A DNA stretch of 64,000 nucleotides from the human T2T-CHM13v2.0 reference genome, Homo sapiens. Position 1 is the stretch's first letter. Each line of letters starts with the position of its first letter. The translations under genes and the position numbers were made by a program. Where the stretch lies: the NCBI RefSeq assembly GCF_009914755.1, contig NC_060946.1; one strand, given 5' to 3'. The notes beneath the pieces were generated by a model, which was given only the letters and a program-made list of their open reading frames with translations, searched no databases and was not told the DNA's origin. Below, in pieces: positions 16,664-64,000 of the stretch.

Positions 16664-19073
16664 TAATTTTGAAGGGGACACAAACCTTCAAACCACAGAA
16701 GAGAGAGAAAGTGCATCAGTTATTTAAACAAAGGGAACTGAATATAAACAATAGTTAACAGGAAGTAAATTTAAAATAATAAAAAGAAAATCCCAAGATA
16801 TGGAGTTACAAACATAGGACACAGCTACCACCCCTAGAGCTCAAAGATGAAAGAGAAGCTGGAATTATTACAGCTTAAAGGAAGGGCTTGCAGAGCTGGA
16901 ATTCAGATCTCTGAGGAGGTGTGTTGACCAGCTGGGGCTGGGGTCATTGAGCCCAGAGGAGAGATCCCATGGGGATGGGACTCAGACCTCTGAGGAGGGT
17001 CCCTACGGGACTTAGACACACACTATGGATGAGGGGTGGCTGTGGAGCTGGGAGTAAGCCCTCTAAAGAGGGCACTGGGAGACTCTCACCCAGATCTCTA
17101 AGGAGAAGGCATACTGAGGCTGGTTCTGCAAGTCTTGGAAAAACTTAAACTGGATTCAGCTTCTGTGGGAAGAATGTGCTGCTGCCTTGTTGAAGAAGCC
17201 TAGCTGGGGTGATGCTCACAGGAAGTGGCCCTGTGGTCTCCCTCTATCAACCTATCAGCTTAGTCTAATAGGGAATATTAGATCAGATCTTCTTTATTTG
17301 CCAATGAGAAATATGTTTTTTAGAGTCTCAGCCCTGGCATCAGAAGCAGTGTCTAGAGGTGGGAAGGGAGAATAGAGCTGAAAGACATTATTTAATAACT
17401 GGTACAAGAAACGACATGTTATAGCTAAATTCCAATTCCCATGGGACTTTCCTATAGGTGGAATTGAAAAGTCTGTGGAGGCGTATAATCGCAGCGCTTT
17501 GGGAGGCTGAGGTAGGAGGATTGCTTGAGCCCAGGAGTTCAAGACCAGCCTGGTCAACCCCATCTCTTCAAAAAAATTTAAAAATTAACAGGGCATGGTG
17601 ATGCATGTCTATAGGCCTAGTTGGGAGGCTGCAACAGGAGGATCACTTGAGCCCATGAGCTCAAGGTTACAGTAAGCTATGATCGTACCACTATACTCCA
17701 GCCTGGGCAACAGAGAAAGACCCTGTCTTTAAAAAAGAAAAAGTCACTGGAGGACTTTAGTTTTCAGACAGCTTCAGAGAACTAAAAAGGCAGTGAATAA
17801 TTATGAGGCCAATATCAGAGAGAAAGGACATGAGAGAGGTGAGTGGTTTATGGCTGCTTTTTCTTGAAAGGCATCTGCCAATTCCAGATGAATGTTTGAG
17901 ACACTAGGACTCTGAGCAGCACTTTTAACACTCTCATTGCCCTAGGACGACAAAATTTGGAGGCTTGGTACCACCAAGGAGGTATCCCACTGTACTGTTT
18001 TGGGACCACAAGTTGTTTGGGACTCCATTCAAATCATGTCAGTCCTTGCCAGCAGCAAATGTAAATCTTCCCTGGGAATGATAACCTCATCCATGGTCTC
18101 AAATTACTTCTACAATTGTTCATATGCAGTGTTCAACACTGAATCAAAAATAAGTAGGCATCCAAGGAGAAAAGACAAAATGGTTGCAAAAAACAAGAGC
18201 AAGCCTGGACAACATAGTGACACCCTGTTTCTAAAAAACTAATAATAATAATAATTAGCTGAGCATGCACCTCCAGAGTCTGAGGCAGGAGGATGGCTTG
18301 AGCCCAGGAGGTCAAGGCTGCAGTGAGCCAAGATCACACTGCTGCACTCTAGCCTCGGTGATAGAATGAGGCCCTGTATCTGAAACAAAAACAAGAACAG
18401 TAACAGACAAGTGAGCTCTAGGGGATCAAAAAATGGAGTTTTCACAAAGACTTTTAAATAATTATGCTTAATATGGTTAAGAGGATAAAAGACAAGGTTA
18501 AGAATTTTATCACAAGCCTGTAAATTATAAAGAACCAAATGGAAATTCTAGAACTGAAATAACTGAAATTGTGAAAATTCACCAGATAGTGTTAGCATAT
18601 TACACACCTCTGAAAAGAGAAAGCTAGTGATGGTAGAGTTAAGTCAGAAGAGTATATCTAAATTAAAGCACAGAGATAAAAGGACAGAAAATAAAGCATA
18701 TGAATAAATTAGATATAGAGGATACATGTAGAGGTCTAACATACAGGTAACTGAAGTCCTAGAAGTATAGAGAAAGAGACAGAAGCAATATCTAAAGAGA
18801 TAATGGCTTAGGGTTTGAAAATTAATGAAGGATATCAATCTTCAGTTTCCAGAAACATTACAGATTTTAATTGGAATGTGTAAATTAAGGCAAAATACAC
18901 TTAGGCATATCATAATGAAATAGCTCAAAACTAGGGAAAAAAAACTTAAAAGAAGCCAGAGGGAAAACAATGGATTACTTTCTAGGGAGAGATAATTAAG
19001 CTTAACTACTGACTTCTCAAACAATGAAGCAGAATAATCGTATCTTCAAAGTGGTCAAATAAAATAATGAGGT

Positions 19074-19892
19074 TGAAACTGGAAAAGTTCCCTTGTCCCC
19101 CTTGCAGGGCATGCGATGGGGGTGTAGCGCGCTTCTTCAGTGCCCCACTGCTCAAACCTCGAGGGGAGCGTATGGACGGACAGGCTGTAGGGCTCCAACC
19201 CCACAACAGTGTCTAGGAGTGAATATTTACAGCTCCTGAAGCCCCAGTGGGCGTGTGTTACAGGGTGATCTTTTAGTTTTGCCGTCTATAGGCGACTTGT
19301 GTTAACCAGCTCAATTAGTGCCTCTACTTGTCGCATGGACAGAGGGCTTTCTGTATCCCGGGTTCTCGCCTTGGTGTACCAGAAGAATCAGATCACATCT
19401 GAGCTTGGAGAATGGGTGCAAGGTTTTATTGAGTGGAAGTAGCTCTTAGCAGAAGCTGAAAGGGAAGTCAGAAGGGGATGGAGTGGGAAGGATTTTCCCT
19501 GGAATTGCACTGCTCACCAGCCCTGGGCTCTCCTCCAACTGCCCCAGCCAAACTCCACGTTGTTCAGCTTCACCAGCATGCTGGTTCCTGTCAGTGCCTT
19601 CCTCTGGATGTCCAGCTACCTGTGTGTCGCTCCCCTCCCCTCAACGTCCAGCCACCTGTGTGTCTGCCAGCTAGGGTCTCTGGGGTTTTTATAGGCACAG
19701 GATGGGGGCACGGCAGGCCAGGGTGGTCTTGAGAAATACAACATTTGGGCAGAAAATGCCTGTCCTCACCTAGGTCCGTGGGGGGTGGAGCCCTAGCCAG
19801 GGGCCACGCCCTCCTCTACCCAGCGCTTCCCTTCCCCTTTTCCATAGCATTTAAAGGGACCACCTCCTTCTCTACCCAGCACTTCCATGTCA
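19074..19892 (-). mobile_element. MER52-like ERV1 solo LTR
   Basis: TG...CA termini; minus strand starts TGACATGGAAGTGCTGGG; the other end tgaaactggaaaagttcccttgtccccc...ttcttcagtgccccactgctcaaacctc is recalled from MER52. Confidence 0.7.
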
Positions 19893-20199
19893 ACATTAGG
19901 CTGGGCGTGGTGACTAACGCCTATAATCCCAGCACTCTGGGAGGCCAAGGTGGGCAGATCACTTGAGGTCAGGAGTTCGAGACCAGCCTGGCCAACATGG
20001 CGAAACCCCATCTGTGCTAAAACCCCGTCTCTACTAAAAATACAAAAATTACCTGGGCATGGTGGCGCATGCCTGTAGCCCCAGCTACTCAGGAGGCTGA
20101 GGCAGGAGAATTGCTTGAACCCGGGAGGCGGAGGTTGCAGTGAGCTGAGATGGCACTACTTCACTCCAGCCTGGGCAACACAGAGTGAGACTCTGTCTC

Positions 20200-20305
20200 A
20201 AAAAAGAAAAGGGAAGGGAAAGGAAGGGAGAAAGGAAGGGAGGGAGGGAAGAAGGGAAAGGAAAGGAAGAAGAGAAGAAGGGAATGGAAGGGAAAATAAA
20301 GAAAA
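20200..20305 (+). repeat. Polypurine GA-rich low-complexity tract grown from an Alu tail
   Basis: aaaaagaaaagggaagggaaaggaagggagaaaggaagggagggagggaagaagggaaagg... Confidence 0.85.
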
Positions 20306-20540
20306 TAATGACATTGGCAGACAAACAAGATCTGAGAAAATTTGTTACCAAAAGATCTAAACTAAAGGAAATACTAATGGGTTTTTATCAGGTCAAAATA
20401 AAATGTTCTCAAGTGGAAGCTCAGAGATATAGAATGGATAAAATTCAACAAAAAGTATATATTGGTAAATCTAAATGAAAGTTAACTGCATGACACAAAA
20501 ATAATAAAGCCTTCTGGGATTAAAAATATGTCAGAATTTA

Positions 20541-20869
<329 letters not shown>

Positions 20870-20926
20870 TCAGAACTGGGGTAATCCAGGCATCATCTGA
20901 GAAAGGGGTATAAAAAAGGTTAGATT

Positions 20927-21357
20927 TGTAGTTGATTGAATAATTGGTCCCAAGTCTTAAGGCCTTGTAAGAGTTCTATTCCTCTGCACTCTTGCCATGG
21001 CTTTGTAGTGGATTGAGGGTGCTTCTTCACCCCTTGGTTCCAGGTTTCACCCTGTGCCTTGCTTCAGCTCATTGGATGTTAGAAGTGTGATATGAGCAGA
21101 AATTTAACTGTCCCACATTGTTTGGATTGCACTCTTGCACTTCTGTTGTGTCCGTGAGTACAATTTGTCCCCCCTAGCCATTGCCTTTTGAGCTTGGAGC
21201 TCAGGATGGCATGTATAAAGTAGATCTCAGCCCAGTCTGCATCTTGGATGCAAGATTAGCTAAGATTGGCCAAACTCCAACTGAACCACTGACCTGTGAG
21301 TGAGAAAAAATAAGTAAATGAGATTATAAACTACAGAGATGTTGAGGTTGTTTGTTA
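20927..21357 (+). mobile_element. MLT1-like (MaLR) LTR, cut at its 3' end by the ERV
   Basis: tgtagttgattgaataattggtccc start; cttgcttcagctcattggatgttag; end gagatgttgaggttgtttgtta. Confidence 0.55.
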
Positions 21358-21936
21358 TGTGAAAATAAGAAATTCAAAATCAAAGTGGTTGGAACTTTAA
21401 ATTATTTTGAACCTTAAAGAAATGTGGTTATGAGGCCCAAGTCATACAACAGGCAGCTGTAACCTAGGCAGCTGTAACCTTTGTTCCTCTAATTATGGAT
21501 TAGCTTTTTCTTTACCTACATTGTTTTATAAAATGTTGTAAAAGACTAAAGGATGCCAGAGAAGACCCTTTCTCTCTTAACTGTTGATCTTCATTATAGA
21601 TTAGCTTCCTTCTTTCTTCTCTTACACAATGACCTCACAACTATCACATTGTCTAAAATAAAATGTTAAATATTCTCTTATACTCCTTTAAATTGGGAAA
21701 GAAAACAAGCTATAACTAATAAAGTTGCAGTAACTCATAAACTACCCTTGTATGAAAAATGTAATTCTGTTAAATTTCTTTGTTTGCTGCCTATATAAGT
21801 AAGACCATAACCTTTCAGCTTGGGATCACTGACCCCATTCCTTTGGGGTCTGTATTTCCGGATATTCATCCTCAACTTTGTGCTTGCATAAACTCTTAAA
21901 CTGGATTCTGATGCTTTAAATTATTTCAGGTTGACA
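21358..21936 (+). mobile_element. 5' LTR of an ERV1-class provirus
   Basis: TGT...GACA termini, TATA-like cctatataag (~21790), degenerate poly(A) signal cataaa (~21887), followed directly by a PBS. Confidence 0.8.
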
Positions 21937-29292
<7,356 letters not shown>

Positions 29293-29294
29293 GT

Positions 29295-30566
<1,272 letters not shown>

Positions 30567-30664
30567 CTCAAAAGTATTTTAATAAGAGAGACTAGAAAAT
30601 ATCTTCATGGAACAGTTAACCATAAGAAATGACCCAACGAGCCAGACATGGTTGTTCATGCCTG

Positions 30665-38722
<8,058 letters not shown>

Positions 38723-38729
38723 ACAGTTC

Positions 38730-39671
<942 letters not shown>

Positions 39672-39675
39672 GTTC

Positions 39676-42560
<2,885 letters not shown>

Positions 42561-42580
42561 ATGGATAAAAGGGGCATTAC

Positions 42581-43638
42581 TATCGGGTAAAATTCAGCCC
42601 CCGATATTTCACCTGGGTCCTTTTCTATTTTCCCTAAGTGTTGGCTGGTCTGAGAAATAAAGGGAAAGAGTACAAAAGAGAAATTTTAAAGCTGGGTGTC
42701 TGGGGGAGACATCACATGTCGGCAGGTTCTGTGATGCCCCCCAAGCCGCAAAACCAGCAAGTTTTTATTAGTGATTTTCAAAGGGGAGGGAGTGTATGAA
42801 TAGGGTGTGGGTCACAGAGATCACGTGCTTCACAAGGTAATAAAATATCACAAGGCAAATGGAGGCAGGGTGAGATCACAGGACCAATGCGAAATTAAAA
42901 TTGCTAATGAAGTTTTGGGCATGCATTGTCATTGATAACATTTATCAGGAGACAGGGTTTGAGAAAAGACAACTGGTCTGACCAAAATTTATTAGGCGGG
43001 AATTTCCTCATCCTAATAAGCCTGGGAGCGCTACGGGAGACCGGGGCTTATTTCATCCCTTATCTATGCCCATAAAAGACAGACGTCCCCAAAGCGGCCA
43101 TTTCAGAGGCCTCCCCTTAGGGATACATTCTCTTTCTCAGGGATGCTCCTTGCTGGGAAAAAGAATTCAGTGATATTTCTCCTATTTGCTTTTGAAAGAA
43201 GAGAAATATGGCTCAGTTCCACCCGGCCCACAGGCAGCCAGACTTTAAGCTTATCTCCCTTGTTCCCTGAACATTGCTGTTATCCTGTTCTTTTTTCAAG
43301 GTGCCCAGATTTCACATTGTTTAAACAATTTGTGCAGTTAACGCAATCATCACAGGGTCCTGAGGCGACATTCATCCTCAGCTTACAAAGATGATGGGAT
43401 TAAGAGATTAAAGTAAAGACAGGCATAGGAAATCACAAGGGTATTGACTGGGGAAGTGATAAGTGTCCATGAAATCTTCATAATTTATGTTCAGAGACTG
43501 CAGTAAAGACAGGTGTAAGAAATTACAAAAGTATTAATTTGGGGAACCAATAAATGTCCATGAAATCTTCACAATTTATGTTCTTCTGCCATGGCTTTAG
43601 CCGGTCCCTCCGTTCAGGGTCCCTGACTTCCCGCAACA
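42581..43638 (-). mobile_element. MER11 (HERV-K11/HML-8) solo LTR
   Basis: Minus strand begins TGTTGCGGGAAGTCAGGGACCCTGAACGGAGGGACCGGCT (MER11 5' end); perfect 6-bp TSD CATTAC at 42575-42580 and 43639-43644. Confidence 0.9.
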
Positions 43639-44039
43639 CATTACATCACAGTGGAAAGTGAGATAGTAAAGGAATATTATGAAGTACTCTATGCTCAAAG
43701 GGGGCATGATCCCTATGACAAAGGGATCCATTCTTCGAGAAGACATAACAGGCTGGGCATGGTGGCTCATACCTGTAATCCCAACATTTGGGGAGGCCAA
43801 GGCAGGAGGATCATTTCAGCTCAGGGGTTCGAGACCAGCCTAGGCAGTGTAGTGAGATCCCATCTACAAAAAAAAATTTAAATTGGCCTGGCATGGTTGT
43901 GCCTGCCTGTAGTCCCAGTACTTACGAGGCTGAGCTGGGAGGATCACTTGAGCTTGGAGGGTAAGGCTGCAGTGAGCTGTGGTCACACCACTGCACTCCA
44001 GCCTGGGTGACAGAGTAAGACTGTCTCAAAAAAAGGGGA

Positions 44040-49400
<5,361 letters not shown>

Positions 49401-49425
49401 TTTTTTTTTTTTAAGCAAAACATGA

Positions 49426-52041
<2,616 letters not shown>

Positions 52042-52860
52042 TGTGAGCCACTGTGCCCGACCCCAGTGCAGATTTTTTTAGTCTCAATCTCTATTTGACA
52101 GCTAAAAAACTGAGGCCCAGATGTTTGCTGGTTTGGAGCCCAGACAGGCCTGTTGGCATATATTGCTTCCTGGAGCTCCACAAAGCTCGCAATGTCTTGC
52201 TGCATAGTTGCTAAGGGAGCTGCCTCACCTGCACAGCAAGTCTCTGGCTCTTCATTCCTTAAGAGTCCCACTTGCAGCCTGGCTTTTTATGTGTACACAC
52301 ACACACACTCACACAAACTATCCTGGCTTTATTTGGCATGAACACATGCCTGGGTCTCATCCAGCCACTTGACATCCGAGTGAGACATGGAGTGGAATGG
52401 CTGCTAGGCCAGAGATCAGTGGTCAGTTACCCCGGCCTCTGACTCCAAGTCCAAGGCTCCTTCTCCAGGCTCAGACCCACACACTGGGTGGTGGTGACAA
52501 AGATCAGGACCCAGGAGTGGGTGGTACTCAGCCCTCACTGTGCTTAAAGATTCTGTGATTCTGTTTCTTCTCCTGTAGATCAACGTCTGGATCACTTTCT
52601 AATAAAATTCCAACTTTGCTGATAATTCTCCAATATACCCAAGACTGTAAATACTGATTTCCTTTCATGAAATTGTCCAAACAGCTGCAGCCCTTGGTGC
52701 ACAGTATGATCTGGACCTGGGGCACAGCAAGACCAGAACCATGAACCACCATGAACCATGACTCCTCACTTGTGAGATGACGTGTGCAAGGTGACCTATG
52801 GTGCTTCATGACCACAGAAGTGACCACTCTACACTGTGAAATGAATTTCTGCATGGGGGG

Positions 52861-53280
52861 TATATTAGGGTTCTCTACAGGGACAGAACTAATAGGATAT
52901 ATATGAAAGTTTATTAAGTATTAACTTACACAATCACAAGGTCCCACAATAGGCCATCTGCAAGCTGAGGAGCAAGGAGAGCCAGTTCGAGTCCCAAAAT
53001 TGAAGAACTTGGGAGTCCGATGTTTGAGGGCAGGAAGCATCCAGCACGGGAGAAAGATGTAGGCTGGGAGGCTAAGCAAGTCTCATCTCTTCACATTTTT
53101 CTGCCTGCTTTATATTCGTTGGCAGCTGATTAGATGGTGCCCACCTGATTAAGAGTGGGTCTGCCTTCCCCAGCCTGACTCAAATGTTAATCTCCTTTGG
53201 CAACACCCTCACAGACACATCCAGGATCAATATTGCATCCTTCAATCCAATCAAGTTGACACGCAGTATTAACCATGACA
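52861..53280 (-). mobile_element. MLT2A (HERV-L) solo LTR, probably MLT2A1
   Basis: Minus strand starts TGTCATGGTTAATACTGCGTGTCAACTTGATTGGATTGAAGGATGC and ends AGAGAACCCTAATATA; GGGGG TSD on both sides. Confidence 0.85.
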
Positions 53281-53409
53281 GGGGGGAATGAGATGACACA
53301 AAGGATCCCTTCTGGCTCTCATGTTCTGTCACCATCTACTTCAGGAGAGAGATGCACTGTGTGGGGAGGATGAAAGTTAGAAGGAAAAGGCAAGAGAAAT
53401 CAGGAGGGT

Positions 53410-54150
53410 TTGGTATTCAATGCGTGTTCATTTATTTTACACTTACAAAAGAAATCGCCCACCCCTTTGCCCCATTCCCCCAAAACAGTCTCTTTTTACA
53501 AACATTTAAAAATTAAAACCAAATGAAGATAGACAAGTTAATTTCAGTACAATTATTTTTCAGTGTAGCTGTCATAATTAGAGTTTAAATTTCCTACAAG
53601 TGACCAATGTCCAAGTGACTTATAGGGAAATCCTGATTATCGGCCAAAGGAAATTCAATATTACAAGTTAGCAAATTCTAGTACAAAAATAGTCCGTGTG
53701 TTGGAACAGCTTTCCTTTTACATAGGTCTTAGGTCAGTCTGCTGTAATACCTAACGCTTCCGGATTCTCTCTCACAAATGGCTCAATCGTCACTGCTGAA
53801 GCAGCATGGCGCCTGCAGCAGCAGGGGCTAGTGTCCACCTTGGGGCCGTGCTGGAGACGGCAGGCCTGGGACTGCCTTGCTGGCCCCAGGGCACCTGGGC
53901 AGAGCTCCAGCCCTAGCTCCGCATCGGGGGCTTGGAGGGAGGGATGAGCTTCCCCCTCCTGAGGCAATGTCAGACCCAGGACACAGGGCACATCTGCCCA
54001 GGGAGCTGGGCTGGCGCTGGTGCAGGACAGCACATCTCCTGCCAGTGTCTCCTCCCCCTACAGCCTGGTCAGGTGAGAGGCGGTCCTGCATGTCATCAGC
54101 GGCGAGAGTGTGGCCCTGCCCTTGCTGCAGCCAGGGCAGGCTGGGGCAGG
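53410..54150 (-). other. HIRA: HIRA 3' UTR (cleavage site approximate)
   Basis: Unique sequence between the stop codon and the poly(A) signal; GC-rich proximal part and AU-rich distal part. Confidence 0.85.
53431..53436 (-). terminator. HIRA: HIRA polyadenylation signal AATAAA
   Basis: Minus strand TTTGTAAGTGTAAAATAAATGAAC: two UGUA (CFIm) motifs directly before AATAAA and a U-rich downstream element (TTTCTCTTGCCTTTTCCTT). Confidence 0.88.
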
Positions 54151-54267
54151 CTACTTGTCCCTCAGGATGTCGAGCTGTTCCTGACACTCGGTGAAGAGGC
54201 GCTGGAATCGGAGGTTCTGCCCGATGACTGGTAGCAGCTCCTTCAGCAGCTCCCTCTTCCGCAGACC
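54151..54267 (-). CDS. HIRA: Histone H3.3 chaperone HIRA, coding part of the last exon (38 aa + TAG)
   Basis: Acceptor ctctgtgtccacAG|GGT, then GLRKRELLKELLPVIGQNLRFQRLFTECQEQLDILRDK* with the stop at 54153-54151. Recognised as the HIRA C-terminus; not in the ORF track. Confidence 0.96.
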   Translation of the reverse strand, partial: GLRKRELLKELLPVIGQNLRFQRLFTECQEQLDILRDK

Positions 54268-55239
54268 CTGTGGACACAGAGTGACAGCTGAGTGCAAGTG
54301 TCAGTGAAGAGACCTAGATTGTGGGGACTTTCCTGGCCTGGCAGAGAACCTTGTGTCTGCTCACGGGAGAAGGAAAGAACAATTCCTCTGCAGGTGAGAA
54401 ACTGTGAGAGAGCTGTGGGGCAAATGTGCAGGATGAAGTGGCAGGTGGAATGGGAGCAACACAGTGTGGGGATAAAGGAGGATGAGGCCAATGCAGGGTC
54501 TGCTCCTCCATCCGTGGGCACAGCCACTGCTGACCTTATAGTGACTGAGCAGTTCCCTGACCATCCAGGGCAGGATGAGAGTAGAACAAGGCTGAGGGTC
54601 AGGTGGCTGGCCATTCAGGAGGGGCTGTTCCCTCATGCTGATGTTTGCCAGGGGTTTGAGGTCAAGCCCCAGGGCAAGGATGCACCTGGGGGGCAGTGAC
54701 TGGCTTTAGTTTTCCAGCAACACAAATGAGGTGCCAGTATCCCCTGATGTGGAGGATGTTCGGATGCTGACCAAACTATGCTTAGTTGCCTAAACATCCT
54801 CCACGTCAGGTCATATTGGCACCACAGTCTGAAACAAGCATTGCCAGTTGGGGTCTCTGCTGCACAGACCAAAAGAGCAGACTCCTGAGCAGTACGGCTG
54901 CTCCAAAGGGAAAACTACCAGCCAGACAACTTTAACACTGGACGAGAAGGCCTAAGATCTTGAATTAACGGTGACAGATATACCTGCAACAAGTCTAGAA
55001 GTGACAGTAAAGAATAAGTGTAACTATTAGGTTTGAGTAACACAGAAGTTGTTAGAGATGGGATAAGCAGGAGAATGGCTGCTGTTGGCGACCAAGTTTG
55101 ATGGAGGAGCAGCCCACACTCCAACAGGGAGGCTCTGACACCAGAGTGCCATAGTCAGAACAGAGATGGTATGGATTTGCAAAGGCTGAAATGTTTACTA
55201 TCTGGTCCTTTACAGAAAAGTTTGTCAACTCCTAAAATA

Positions 55240-58790
<3,551 letters not shown>

Positions 58791-58959
58791 CTTGAAAGTG
58801 GCAAAAAAAAAGTGACTCATGAGAGGGATTTGAAGTTTGTGAAGAACTACACGCACAATTGCTGGCTTAAAGATGGAGGAGGCAGGTGGAAAGCTAACAA
58901 GGAAATGAATTCTGCTATTCCAATAACGACTGAGCTTGGAAGAGGACCTTGAACCCTAG

Positions 58960-64000
<5,041 letters not shown>

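Larger units (their letters stand above)
17740..20530 (+). mobile_element. Old L1M 5'/ORF1 remnant interrupted by Alus (~18200-18398, 19899-20210) and the MER52-like LTR; another Alu at ~17480-17742 directly upstream
   Basis: A-rich ORF1-like motifs (gaaccaaatggaaattctagaactgaaa, cttaggcatatcataatgaaa). Confidence 0.65.

Noticed and set aside
21451-21480. 15-bp tandem duplication aggcagctgtaacct
   Set aside because: Short U3 duplications are routine in LTRs and may be in the family consensus.
53431-53441. Pumilio element next to the HIRA poly(A) signal
   Set aside because: Minus strand reads TGTAAAATA, one base longer than UGUANAUA; better read as a CFIm UGUA motif.
53734-54872. Cluster of 100-150-aa ORFs around the HIRA last exon
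   Set aside because: Alternative frames of the GC-rich UTR and intron with no recognisable protein; the real exon is in another frame.

Overview
Human (or close primate) genomic DNA that matches the 22q11.21 DiGeorge-region interval between HIRA and CLTCL1. Only two protein-coding exons are supported, both on the minus strand. One is CLTCL1 (clathrin heavy chain CHC22) exon 1 (14307-14348, MAQILPVRFQEHFQ) in a CpG-island promoter, with intron 1 running off the left edge. The other is the HIRA terminal exon (CDS 54151-54267, AATAAA at 53431-53436), with its last intron running off the right edge. Most of the remainder is transposon-derived: dozens of Alus, several old L1s, a decayed ERV1-class provirus (LTR, tRNA-Arg PBS, gag-pro-pol), solo LTRs (MER11, MER52, MLT2A, others), Tigger-type MITEs and MIRs. 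Most of the longer track ORFs are Alu, L1 or GC-rich artefacts. I found no new gene system. The most unusual signals are local rearrangement scars: a ~430-bp inverted duplication with a 349-bp identical core (35620-36047 / 36522-36949), a ~125-bp templated insertion in an L1 (57905-58023 copied to 59751-59876), an older ~140-bp duplication and a perfect 57-bp tandem duplication. Repeat family names come from recalled consensus sequences, not a database search, and repeat coordinates are approximate.
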